NCBI GenBank assembly: GCA_964304625.1
Contig: OZ199839.1
Coordinates: forward strand, 9,376,528-9,440,527
Source of the DNA: Kudoa neothunni
Lineage: Eukaryota > Animalia > Cnidaria
DNA: 64,000 nt
Direction of reading: 5' to 3'
Shown here: positions 1 through 13,451 of the stretch, piece by piece
Layout: the number at the start of each line of letters is the position of its first letter
Position numbering within the stretch: position 1 is the first letter of the stretch
Position numbers and translations under genes: made by a program
The notes under the pieces: generated by a model
The model's database searches: none
Seen by the model: the letters and a program-made list of their open reading frames with translations, nothing else
Told to the model about the DNA's origin: nothing

Positions 1-2756
1 TTAGCGACAAACTTTCCACCATACCACAAATAACGTTACAAGAGTGAGTGCAACTGCGGATGATGTTGTGGCGTATATAATTCTAAAAGAAGTTAAAAGT
101 TTTTATTTTTAAATCATTACATTGTGGTTTTCGATCTAAAATAATATTAAAATAAATCGAACAACAGTTAGTTACATTCCACTGGAAACACTTGAACTCT
201 TTCCTAAAAAATAGGGAAAATCAAATTAGTTTTTAGAAAACGATTTTCTTATACCCAATCTAATTTCGGCCACACCATAATAAGATGGTTTATCCTGGAC
301 AAAAACGTGAAGATGATAGTCGGTAACATCACGAATATTCAATATTTCGAAATTTTTGCATGCTTGAAAATCGGCACAATCAACTTTATTATCGAATGTG
401 CAGCGTTTTATTATTTGTCTCTCTGCGGTGCTCAAGTAACTCAAATACCAACCACACTGTTCTTCACTATCAATCCCTTTTGGAAGACTCAAGCTAACAT
501 TAAAAGTAGTCCCATCACGATTAATTATAACATCTATTTTCTTTGAATTATTGGTAGGAAATGGTGGCAATGATTCTACATTCGAAATAACAGCAATTTC
601 CAACGACAAATTAATAACTAGTCAATTACTTGGATCTATAGTTAACCTTTGTTCATAGGTATTTTGATATGCTAAAACCGCGATTAAATATTCTTCGTTT
701 GGATCGTATTGGTGTGTGAAAACAATATCTGTGCAGAGTGACGCGTAAGTACAGGAACCTACATCGGTATCTATTCTCTCTTCGTTGACCACAGCGGAAA
801 ACAAAGAATCCATTCCAACCGGGCACTCGAAAACAAGTTTATGCTTCCCAAATTTTTTTAGCCATATTTTGTAGAAGCAGGTAACAGGCCAATTAACTAT
901 ATAATTATGAGCTTGTGCAAACAACCTGAAGCCGTCATTAACGTAAGCTTTTCTTAGATTCATACGATGACCTGCTATAAAATCACTATTTAACCATTTA
1001 TTAATTTAATATAATACGAGTTTGAAAATTGTAAATATATTCGTCATGGCTGGCAGCAACAACCACTTTCAAATCATAGTTACTAGCTCCTCCAACCGAT
1101 AAGAACATTGTATAAGGGGAACAGTCTTTTATACAGGGATAACTTTTGTTACACATAGTGTCGTAAAACATATTCTTATTTGCTTCACTGAGATAGAAAG
1201 TACACGAAAAAGGCACCTTTGGGATGCCGTAATTTATATGTACTCGGAACGTTACAATTGTTGTTTTCAGTAAATCAAAGTAGGCTCTGAAAGAAGAATT
1301 TGGATGCTTGCCTACTATACAATTAAATAAGCTATGTTATTTTTAGTTACGTGTTCGAAAGAAAAGTCCCTCGACGAAATTTAACTCGGTACCCATGCTA
1401 ACAGTAATATTAACTTTGTAGGGCCTTCCAGAAGATAGTCCAGTCAGGATCTTTTTATTATTGCATCTATTATCACAAGGCAAACCATTATCACATATCG
1501 CGGTTGTGAGAGAATCAATCGACGGAGTGGGTTTGTCAGCCTCGTACACCTTGACATCACACCTGGTAAAGGGGCTAACGTTGCGGTCATTTTTCAACAA
1601 ACTCAAATCCAATTCCACTCTGTTGTGGTATTTATGAAATAGCTGGTTCCCCATATTCTCTTCATTTCTTCTAATAACTAAATATTTAATCACTAGGTAT
1701 ATTATTTGAGATTTTTATATACCAAACTTGGACTGTCTTAATCCAATGGAGTTTTGTTTTGTTTTAATCATAACCTCAACAACAGGGAAATAATTTGACA
1801 TAAATAATGAGACATTTTTAGAGGGAGCAACACACTTGGTATCGCCTTTATTTCCACAGTTTGATTCAAATTCATTCTGTTTGGGATTTGGAGCAGCATT
1901 TCTAATATAAAATTCGTATATTTCTGGCTGATAGTTGTTCAAGAATATAATGAAGTATTCTGCGATTGAACCTCTAGGCTTGTATTCGACGTAAAAATTG
2001 TTGCGAAAAACTTCTATATTATTTCTCATATACACATTTGGCATGTAATAATAAAACGGAGGATGGGATGTGTAGTTTATCTTATAATAGGGTGCCATAA
2101 CATTAAAATCTAGTCGTATAGGATCGCAATCTACACTTTCTTCCAAACCATAGTATTTACGGTCGTTATAGTATACTCTGCATTCAAGCGGAAAAAATGA
2201 AATGATTCTTATTACGAGATCCAAATTTATTTTACTTATTATGAATTTTGGATGCCATAACATTGCTAAATTTATTGTATAATATTAAATTTCAAAGAAT
2301 ACAATATTACGAATCGACAAGCCATAAACTTTCCCGCCACTGCTATTGACAATATCTAATGCATTCAAATTTTCAATTTTTTTCACATAAATATAGTTAG
2401 TTCTAGGAGAAATAGAGGAAAAATCTAAAATCAGGTCGTCTCCCTCACAAATTTTGATACATTTTCGAGCTGTGGTCCCCAATTTGTTGGGACAAACATC
2501 CAAATCTTCGTATCGAGACATCCTATCGTTTGCTTTTTGAATATAGCAGTATTTTCCTGATCCATAATATTTTCCTTCAAATTTCAATTTAACTGCAGAG
2601 TCAGTAATCGTGTATAAAAATGTATTTTTCGTTTCTGTTTCATCTGCATCTACTGTAACAGTGGTTCCAATCACCAATTTAACAATTGAATCTTCATTCA
2701 TTATAAATACATAATGTTAAATTAATTTTCTACTTACATAAAATTATATATTTCAT
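1..2756 (-). CDS. Paralogue A: Cys-rich FN3-like type I membrane protein, 10 exons, about 790 aa
   Basis: Exons 2756-2738, 2691-2311, 2265-1723, 1692-1351, 1314-1018, 974-630, 575-255, 203-176, 135-121 and 82-1 join in frame through GT-AG introns of about 30-54 nt (2373 nt total). N-terminus MKYIILYSIVKLVIG is signal-like. FN3-type motif LTGLSSGRPYKVNITV. C-terminal TM IIIYATTSSAVALTLVTLFVVWWKVCR* ends at the stop at 1-3. Confidence 0.85.
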
Positions 2757-3984
2757 TTTTTTGCTGTTATCGAGTATGTTGTCAACACCAGTTCATCTAC
2801 CGAAATAAGTATATTATATTTAGTGTATAATCATTAAGACTGACTAAATTATAATTTTTGAGATAAAAATTGATTTTCAATTTAAATTTCTTAATTATTT
2901 TTATATACTGATCGAAGGGATTATATTTTCTATTAATTTGTACAATAATTTAATCTTGAATATTTTTTTATGTGGTTTCCAATAAAAAATATAAATTAGT
3001 TACCTGTTTTGTATATTATTATCATATAGATAAGTTAAAATCGAAGTGATAATTTATTGGAAGCGAATACAAAATTATTTTAAGAATGTGTCATTGTGAA
3101 TGGCAGAGACAAAAACCTGTATTATTATGCGTAGGTATAATTATTTTAGATTGATCTCAGATTTAATCCTATATTTTAAATATTTATCTAAATCAAATGA
3201 AATTTTTTACTTCAAGAAGTTATGCATTAAAATTAAACGAGTTTATAACGTGATTTAAACAAGTATGATATGGTCTGTTTAATTAAAATAATATATACTG
3301 CTTCTATTTAACGATCAGTTATTGCAAATTTTTCATATATGTTTAATTCAGTCGTTATCGATATTTTAACCATGAGATAATAGCACATCGGCAACCCCTT
3401 AAAAATCGATGATTTGGTTAATCAAAATATTATCCATGATTTACATAATTCTTATCTTACATACTTATTTTTTATTACTTTATTAATATGGTATATATTT
3501 AAAAATAGAGAAATTGCCTAAACGGTGTAACAAGAGTAATCATATTTTTTCGTTAGAATTTGATTTCAATCATTTATATGAATTTATAATAAACGATAAT
3601 TATTAATTATAACTAAATATATTTAATAGGATTATTTATTTTTAATTTTTTCAATTTAATTACATAAACTTTTATAATAATAATAATTATTATTTTATTT
3701 AAAAATCATAAACTTGTTGAATCGTAGTAAGATCAATATTTACTTATAAACGTCAAAATAAACATTATTTAACCATTTTTTTTAAGCTGATTATAATATA
3801 TTTGGTTAATTACAACAACAGAAATACTAATGTGTATAGTCGTATCTTTGTATCCGATTGTTAAGAACAAACTTTTTAAATTGTATAACGAATAATATCA
3901 TAAATCGAAGTCTTTTAGTCACTTGTAAATTAATATAATTCAGTATTTCCTCAAATACAAGACAGGTGATATTTTTTGGTTTAA

Positions 3985-6900
3985 CCCTCTAAATCACATA
4001 AATATTTACACCTTCCGAGCAAAATTGGGGTTTAAATCCACAACAGGTTTTTTTTCAATCACATTATTGGAAAAGAATAAGTAACTATTCCCGTGTAATG
4101 AGAAAAGTCTTTGTCATTGCATTATCGAGTAATTAACGAAAAAATACTGTCTCCGTGTGTGTGGGTTGCTTGGATATTCCGGCGGTCGGATAAATTTACA
4201 TGAAGCAATTAGTGCTTAACCCTATACGTACGAACAAAATTGGCCAGTTCATTGGAAAATTAAATACTCACATAAATTTTCAAATAAACAAACTAATATG
4301 TGTAATATTTATTACACTAGTTAAGACAAACACATTTCGATTGTGTTTGGAACGAAAACTAGCAAAAATTCCACACTTGACGGAAGTTTTCTTTTCATTT
4401 TTTCTCTCACATAATCGGAATCTACCTTGAACAGTCGTTTCCCGCTCCGCAATAGGTCTAATGTAGGGTTGAATACTTTGAATTTTTCTCAATAGCAGTG
4501 GACATATCATTTGCTCAGACATCATTTTCGAGAAATCTCTCCTAAGGTTTACAGAAGAGAGAGTTCTTTGAATATGAAAAAATCATTTATCAAGGTAACA
4601 CCAGTCATATTGAAAAATACAATGAGTGGCTAACGACGATTGATTCTTCTGATACTAATCCACGCCAATAACCTTGCGATGGTGTCAAATCCCTCATTTT
4701 AACGCATTATACCGCAACACTATGTCGGGACTAAATGGCGTTTCAACTGCAATATGAGACTTACTTGGAGATCAACAAAGCATATAGATAGGTTTATTCT
4801 TCCTCGTTAAATACCTTAATATCATCCTTTTGTTGTTAAATAAAAAAAGAGATGAATGTAACGGGGTGTCTCTTTGAGGTCGTAGATAGAATGGAGAATC
4901 ACGTTTGTTCGCACGTATGATTCCAATAATTGTAAGTTTTCTACTGAACAATTCAGCAGCTTACTCTCAATTGACGTAAAAAATTTGTCACAAACAATAT
5001 TCCGCCTAGAGCTTATGAATGGGTCCTTAAGTTGCAAAACAAAGTTTTTTCTAAGATTAACAGTTCTTATGTCATTCTAGGACCGCTTACCCGAGTAGTC
5101 GGACAAGTTGCAAACATATGTTGATTTAGGATAGTGTTTCCCTACAGGGGATGCGAGAGTCGTTCAAGAATAAATTTAAAAATTTATCTTAGTTTATTCA
5201 TTTCGTAATTTTCGTTAGTCCCCGTTAAAATCATATAAGGACGTAATGCGTAAAATAATATTTCTGGTGGTTTTGATATCAATCAGTTTCCATTTCAAAA
5301 TGGGATTTGATAATTAATTTAATTTATAATTTATTCTGTTTGATTCTACTAAATAGCCCAGTAAAGTAATAATTTATATTAAGCCTGTTCAACCTACAAA
5401 ATCTAATTTTCGCTATTTTCATGAAAAATCGTAACTTTGTTATCTTTCAAAATAACATACTTATATTCTTAAGCTGTAATTAGGTTGTCAGCATTTTTAT
5501 CTACTTAGAAATAATCGATATCCATAAAAATAAAACCACGATGTAATTTTAACTTTGTCTTCTATCTAAATTTGAGATCTTTCATATAATTGTATAGTTT
5601 ATATTATGTTACGTTTCAAGTTTTACTTTTGAATTTGTACCTTATCTCTGATATAAATCTAAATTAAATTGTTCTTAAAAATGTACGTAAATAAATGAAT
5701 GCCAATTTTAACAATATACAAGAGTTATTTTATTTAAGTGTATTTAGAAGGCATATTTTTTGAGTTTATTGAATTTTTATTAACCCACCGCTTCAAAATC
5801 TAAGTGAACGTATGACTCAATATAGAATAAGGAAGTTGCTAGGTTTATTCAGCACAGGATAGCATATGAAACAAGCTTATCGACTTTATTATATACAATT
5901 AATTTGTATTGGAATTCATTAAACCCCGAAAACGATTTTCATGTTTCGCAATCCAACAAGATGTCCTGTTTTGAATTACTTATGAAAAACCGGCGAGACC
6001 AAGAGAGCCGCAAAATCAAATAAATACTAAATGACAATTGATTCTGAACTAACGTTTCTTGGGAACCGAAAGAATTGGCTATTTTTTTTATTTTTATAAT
6101 TTAATATTACTTTTATATTTATTTTTTGCCTCTAATATTTTGGAATAATTATAAAAACATAATTTATTACATTACATAAAAATAGTACACATAAGCAGGA
6201 ATGAATAGTAACTCCAATCATTGAGTGTTAAGTCATGAGGAGTGATAAGATAATGTTCATTCTTTTTCATATATAAATAGCAAATTGAGTTAACTAAAAC
6301 ATTATGGTTTTAATTTATTTTATAAGTAAATGGGGAAATTTGTGAGTTAAAATATAAACTAAAATAATAAAAATTTTAATTTTAAAACATTTTTCATTGG
6401 TATTGTAATTTTCGCATTTAAATAAAATGTATAACTGAGTTTTGACATTCACATGGAGGAGGGAGTGCGAAATGAACGAGGAAATTAGGATGAGGGTATG
6501 GTTCTAAAATTTGCAGAGAAACATTGATCCAGGATCAACCAATAAAAAAATTCCAATATCTGGTAGGTTTCATCGGCATATACTGCTTCAATTTGCAGCG
6601 ACCTCTGAATGCAACAAGTTGTTCATCGACGCAAAGATCTTCATATCGGCGAAAGCTACGATTAAGTAAATCAACTCCAATTTTCCAAACATCTCCTATA
6701 TGACAACATTTGTCATTAACTTTTACCAGGTCTCTGGTTTCTGAGTCATCAAAGTGAAATGCCCGTGCAATTTGCCGGAACCTTGTTAATGACAAGAGAT
6801 TGCGGTATATTTTTTGGCCTTCTTCAGATCCAAACAATTCCTTAACAAGTTCATTGACATCGCTTTATATGCTCATTAAAAATAAGCATCCAATGAAACA

Positions 6901-7579
6901 ATTTAGTTCGGTTTCGTCTAATTTTGTCCTTATTGATTTGTTAATTTTAAAATCAACTTGAACATATCATGATTAAATAACATTTTAAAAGTATCAGTAG
7001 CTTCGTTAATATTTTTAAATATGTAAGGAGAAACGTCTGGACGATTATTTATAATATTTTCAGCTGACGTTCTAGAAGCTATGAGTTTTTCAGCTGCCCA
7101 TAGCATTCCATATTTATTAACTAATGAGTCTAGTGGTAAAATCTTCATTATCTGATGGTATATTATCATCAAATAAGAAATCATAATCAGAGGAATCAGT
7201 ATTAATTAGAACTGTAATCACAAGAACTCATTACTTACCGCGCTTGCGCATTCAATAAATTTTATAAGTTATTGTCAATTTAAGGGTTATTGAATGATTA
7301 GAATTATCTAAAAAGATATAAGTATATTCCCTAGAATATTTTAAATAATTTTATCAGAAAAAACTTTGGGGTGTATTTATACCCTAATTTTATTCGGAAG
7401 TTGTTTGATCTTTTATTTAAGTCATAATACAAAAAAATGAAATTTTGTTTTCGCGTTTTATGTATTAAATAAGTTTTGATGACTAGCGGAAACATGAATT
7501 ATATCTATCGCGTTTGCAATGGGATAAATTGTCATCGACAATCTCCTAGGCTGGAATCCACCCTATTTTACTCTGAAGG
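3985..7579 (-). mobile_element. Decayed piggyBac element with transposase pseudogene, interrupted by a hAT-type insertion
   Basis: TTAA then CCCTCTAAAT left end. Minus-strand fragments carry piggyBac motifs CVDEQLVAFRGRCKLKQYMPMKP (6535-6837) and RNIVCDKFFTSI (4822-5037), plus a Cys-rich tail near 4280-4525. Frameshifts and stops present. Confidence 0.85.
5132..6526. mobile_element. Non-autonomous hAT-like element nested in the piggyBac transposase
   Basis: Imperfect TIRs tagtgtttccctac / gcagagaaacattg and a degenerate 8-bp TSD (atttagga / atccagga). The transposase reads on across the junction (..LIDP|KSTYVCNL..). Confidence 0.65.
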
Positions 7580-9499
7580 TAAACAAGGGATATTAGGACT
7601 TATATTGGTAACTGACAAAACTTCCTATGAATTACTTAGCTCATATAACAACATTAGTAAGCCATTTATTTAAAATATAAAAAATAATATTTTAAATAAA
7701 TGGGACGTGAAAAATAATTCGATGAGTAAGTTTGTGTTTTTTCCTAAAATGAAGAAATAATAACAATAAAATTCGAAAATCAACGTCTTTAATTAGTATT
7801 TTATCGTTAACATTTTTTCGATTATTAACTTAAAAATGAAACAACATTACCAGAGACATTTGTTATGTAATTTAGAATATTCCGATTCTTAATATTTTAT
7901 TAGGCCATATGTTTGAGTTAGGTTTATACTACTAAATAACCCCCAAATACCATTTAATCTTATACTATAAAATAGCTCAAGAATACCTTTAAGACTTATT
8001 TTAGTGGCAAGCCTTATAATCGAGAGATATGACATAAATATATATATAATTATATATTATTTTTCTCGGAAAAGATTTGTTTGGATAACCTCTTGAAGTT
8101 GGCAACGTTGATTGTTGTTTACGGAGCAGTACAAAATACGACAAACAGTTTCTCCGCGTGAATTTTTATTAAAAAGATTTAAGAAGTATTTTCCGATCGT
8201 AATCGTTTTTCTATCACCCCCACTTTTCATTGAAAAAATGTTCGGTTCCCTACCCCTTTCAAAAGTATTGATTTTTTAACTTAAACTGTTTATAACTTTG
8301 AATATGGCTCCCAATAACATTAAAATTCTAAGGCATTTAATATGTACTTTTTTTATTAAAAATTCAAATGAATTCGATCAGAACCAATTTAATTCAACGA
8401 TGGACTTTAAAAATTAACTTCCCTAATGCTTCATTCCATCATAAACAGCGTCGAATGAAACTCGTGGTAATCCAACCATCGGTAGTAAAAACATTCGTGT
8501 ATACGTAGCTAATGAACGGAATATATATAACTTAATCAATATTATATTAGGATTAATCGAAAAAGAATATATATGATCTTAAATGAGAGAAGATTGAGAT
8601 CCAAACTATTCTGATTCTATTTGGATGAGCGGTACGTTAAATTTTATTATTAATTTGTATATAATTATTCATTGTTTGTCGTATTTTTATGTTATTAATC
8701 GTCACTTATTAATAAGCGATATTGACTTCAAAGTACATCATACTTCCCATTTATCCAACCATTATCAGTTTCATAACAATATTTAGGATTTTTCACGTCC
8801 CATCAGAACGGTTCATTAATCGTTTAATAAATTCCCCGCCGCCAAAATTTTTCACATCCCGCGTTGGGATATATTGGGTCAAAGGCTAAGTTTATTAAAA
8901 ATGTTATGTCATTCTTAAATATACTTTTTATAAAATTGTTTTGTTTAAAAAATTTCTAGATCAAATTATACTCTCATTAATTTAAATCGCTCATTTGAAT
9001 CTTTAGTTTAGGTATGGATGTGGATTAGCTGCTAATTAAATAAAATTATTTTATCGTTTTATTTTCAGAATATCCAGAGATCACAGTACATTATGAATTC
9101 ATTCGTGTTATGTATCAAATAGATAATATTCATGTAGAATATAATAAATTAATAATTGTATTCTACATTATTTTAAACATTTAATGTTTTTCTGTTATAG
9201 GATGGGATTATATGATGAGCTTATTAAATAATATTTGTAAAACATATAATTTTAAAAAATATTATTTATTAAAACTAGTAAATATAAAATTATATTAATT
9301 GGGAATGCTTTATATCGATAATTTAATTTAATACTATTACGATAATTAATTGTAAACATGGGGTATCGATGCCGGTACAACTATGATCACAAATGTTTCA
9401 ATTAATATTTAAAATAAGAAAAACAATATTTTATATCATAAAATGATTAATGTAAATATTTATGATGTTAGTATGTTATATAATTAGACTTTAAAGCCA

Positions 9500-9500
9500 T

Positions 9501-9529
<29 letters not shown>
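9500..9529. repeat. (TA)n microsatellite
   Basis: Direct reading. Similar tracts occur near 13420, 29655, 30505, 38408 and 43167. Confidence 0.9.
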
Positions 9530-9531
<2 letters not shown>

Positions 9532-9609
9532 GGCTTTGTTATTAAAGTATTAATATGATCATTTAATAATATAGGATAACAACGCTTGTCGTTGAAGCGA
9601 ATATCATCA

Positions 9610-12600
9610 ATGAGAATTTATATTTTGTCTATTTTTTTTAGTAAATATCATTGATTTGCTAAACAGAAAATAATATATGTCTAGTCATAGCTGTGAAGTC
9701 GATTCGCGTTCATCTCAACGGTGCACATAATATTTTTCTCTACACAATAGTCAGTGACAATCAAATATGTAAGGTATGGATGAGAATGAACATAAAGAAA
9801 TATACAAATCCATCCTGCTACCTGAAAAGCTTAATATTAGTTGAAACCGGCCATAGAAATATTCCTTGGTTTGAGGGTGATGTTGAAAATTCCGAGAATC
9901 ATAAAGATTTTGATTGTGAACTTGGCACCAATATTACATATAGGATAATGCCAATCCAAATTATTTATATCGTTGTGTTATTTACCGAGTACATTTCTGA
10001 GACATTGGTATCAGATAAATTTCTATTTGGATTTCCAACACGTAATAAGTTTTATAAATTGAAATAAATTATCTAAATTATGCTAGCACCTTTGCATTAT
10101 CCTAAAATAACTATCAAGAATGATCCATTGCATGTCTTATTTGAGGTTAATTCGTGTGTTCCATTCGCGTTGATTTGTTCTCTCTTTTACCAAAAAAACA
10201 TTGATTTTACACCGTATACAACTAGTCAACGCCATCAAATACTAAAGGTTTTGAAAAAAGATTTTGTGACCTCTATTCCATATAATGAATTAAGATGTCG
10301 CAAACAACCGACCTACTTTTATTATATATCGGAAAAATATAGAAGACATAACGTGGAAGTGTATAAACCACAGTTCCATGTTACTTATGTATCTTCAACC
10401 GAACTAAATAAATATAACCTAATATTTACAAATATTATTTCTGCTGATATTTGTCACTTCAGCATACGATCAGTAGCAAAGATAGATGAAAGTGATTTCT
10501 CATTCATATCTCGTTGTGGAGGCAGCACCACTACCAAAGAATGTTATGCTCCCTGCAGAGATGTTCAACTTGAATCCCCGAGAGCTCCCATAGTTGAAAT
10601 AATGATAAAAACAAGAAACGACGATTTTTACAATAATTCATCTGGATATTTTTACAAAAAATTTGGTATGATATATTCATTTTAATTCTTAACTCATTTA
10701 AATTAGTGTTAAACGAGATATCAATCAACAAAAGTGCGCTGGTGCATAATATTGGAATAAATCAAGTGAGATTCAATGCAACGCTGTATAAGCCAAAAGA
10801 TGCTGTTGACAAATTTGAGAAGTGTACGATTGTAATTCGCAGAGCAAATGAAATAAATACTTGTTTTGATTCAAATGATCCTTGCCATATACATGGGCAT
10901 TATATGTGTCCCAATGATTGTAGTGAATTTAGCATAATCACACCTGAGTCAGGCTACCCATATGTAATACTTATGAATTCAACTGTTGCAAATTATTACA
11001 CATACATGGAAGTGATATTTTTCCACTCAAGTAACGTCATATACATATATCAATTTAAGTTATGATTTATAACATTTTCTAAGAAAGTTACAAGTCCTTA
11101 TCAGACTTTTCAATGTCCGCGGCTGATGAGAATCAAAGATTCAAAATTAATCTGATCGCAGATAGATTCCTTTCATACAATCAACAATATTGTTCATATT
11201 ATATAAGTTTAATGGAATCCAACTTGTTTTATGAAGCACAATGTTCTATGATCGATTCTTGTAGTGGATTGTGTGGAAACGGAATTATAATTAAAAACAT
11301 TATTCCAACAGCTGATTATAAAATTAAAATATTATCTTACGGATACAGGGAAAAAATTATAGATTGTGAATTAATTTTGTCTGAAAAATTTTATATCTAT
11401 TAAAATAGATAAGGGATCTATTAAACTGACCTACCGCTTTGTTAAAGAAGGAGTTGATATTTTTGGCGTGTTTCCCAATGCTGATGCTCCATTAATCAAA
11501 TGTTATTATAACATCTATATTGGATCGAAGAGGAACATTTTTAATCTAATTTTTGACTGTACTCCATTGGGAGTAAAAATAAAACCCACAGAATATCTTG
11601 ACTACGAATTTGACGATAACATCAACAAGAAGTTAGGTGGATGTTCATTTTTGCCTTTTTGTTCAAATATTAACTTTATTGACTATTACGAGCCAAAATC
11701 GACTTATGTCATTTGTGTGAAACCGGAAAAGGAACCGTCAGATTCAACCTGTATAACAATACCTTCAAGTATTTGAAATTTTCTTATTAAATAACTAAAT
11801 AACGTAAATTAAACGTTTCCATTTGCATGCTTATAATTTATACAAAAATATTAATGTAAAGATTTCCCATACAATTTTATTGAGTTAAGAATAGAAAATA
11901 ATTATTATAACTGAATTAATAAGAATACTCTATTATGAATTATAGTTTAAAATGAATATTTTCCTATTCGCCCTGATCCACAAATTTTTTCCTCATGAAT
12001 ATTTTTGTAAAATTATTTCTATGAGTAATTTCTGTTTGAAATAAAAATATATACGTTTTATGTTAAAATATAATATTTTTATATTAACCCTCTAAAGATC
12101 ATAAAAATGACTTATCTTCGGCGATCATTTGAGGCGGAATTGACCCCACATTTTTATTTTATTTTTCTTTACTAAAAAATAATTTGTTTCAATTTATATA
12201 ATATGTAAGAAATCTATGGTGGAATTTTGAGTAAATAAATGTTTACTAACCAATTGATCTTCGATAATCCGTTAATGTACAGATTCAGACGATTTCCCTA
12301 CATATCGTTAATATTACATACTGTGGAAATGGCAGCTTCATTCTGAAATGAGATTCATCTATAATCACTAATTTAATGATGATAGTTATAATAATGTTAG
12401 AGAAATTTTACTGAAATTAAAACAAACATAAAAGGTAGCTTTATGACTTTGTGTACATAAAAAATAACGCATTCCAACGTTCACCCATAACATAAGACTA
12501 CCTACGTAATAAATGATGGCTCATGGTTTATGTTTTTAAATTTTTAAACACTTAATGCAACATCTAACTGAAAGTCGATTGCACAATCCGCAAATAACAA

Positions 12601-13419
12601 TAATCAAGCATTGATTTTACTCTCAACGTTTTATAGATTGTTGAGCCTGGCGGAGAGTTCTAAAAAATATTTTCTGCGCTTGTTCATGATGTAGATCTTT
12701 TTGGAAGATTCTAAACTAACCCATATATGCTAATAAATCAATTATCGTATATGTCCAGATCGTCGTCATAAGTTTCCTGAGATATCCTCAGTTATAACAT
12801 CCTCATATTCAATACCAGAAGACTAGTCGTTATGGTATAAAAAATTATATTTAGAATCCATAAGTATTATTCTGATACTAAATTACTACTGAAAGAGAAA
12901 AATATTTTATATTATCTAGTGCGATCGATCGTCAAAATTGTACACGAGCGTTGTTCGAATAAGTTGCGTAAGATTAGTTCACGGATTAATTTTGATTTTC
13001 CTTAGAATTCTGTCGGTGAATTTTTTTAATATCTCACAAAAAATTTAAGTAAATTTATGCACAAACTGATGAAATAAAAAGATGGGGTCGTACCGACCCT
13101 AAATGATCGTTGGAGGTACCCTTTTAATTTTGGCTACATATAAAAACCTAAATTATCCAATTTTCCTCTGTTACATAGAAGAATATATTTATAAAGAATA
13201 TGATGAATTCAAAAACATTGAAACTAAGGGAGAAAAAGTTATACGTTATTCAATTCTATTTTGAGGTCGATTCGACCTCGGTATCATTATATCGTTAGAG
13301 AGTTAAAATATTATTACTAATAATATGGTTTATAAAATTAATAAATGTTAATTAAAAACAAAATATTGAACGAATTACATTAATTAGATTGGAAGATTAC
13401 GTTATCATTATTATCAAAG

Positions 13420-13451
<32 letters not shown>

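Noticed and set aside
226-2701. Operon-like run of six small co-oriented ORFs, repeated across the window
   Set aside because: The ORF ends coincide with GT-AG introns, and the exons join into one reading frame. These are not separate genes and not prokaryotic, and no alternative genetic code is needed.
8060-8560. Slightly GC-richer segment with short minus-strand open stretches
   Set aside because: It is interrupted by stops and has no recognisable motif, so no gene call can be supported.
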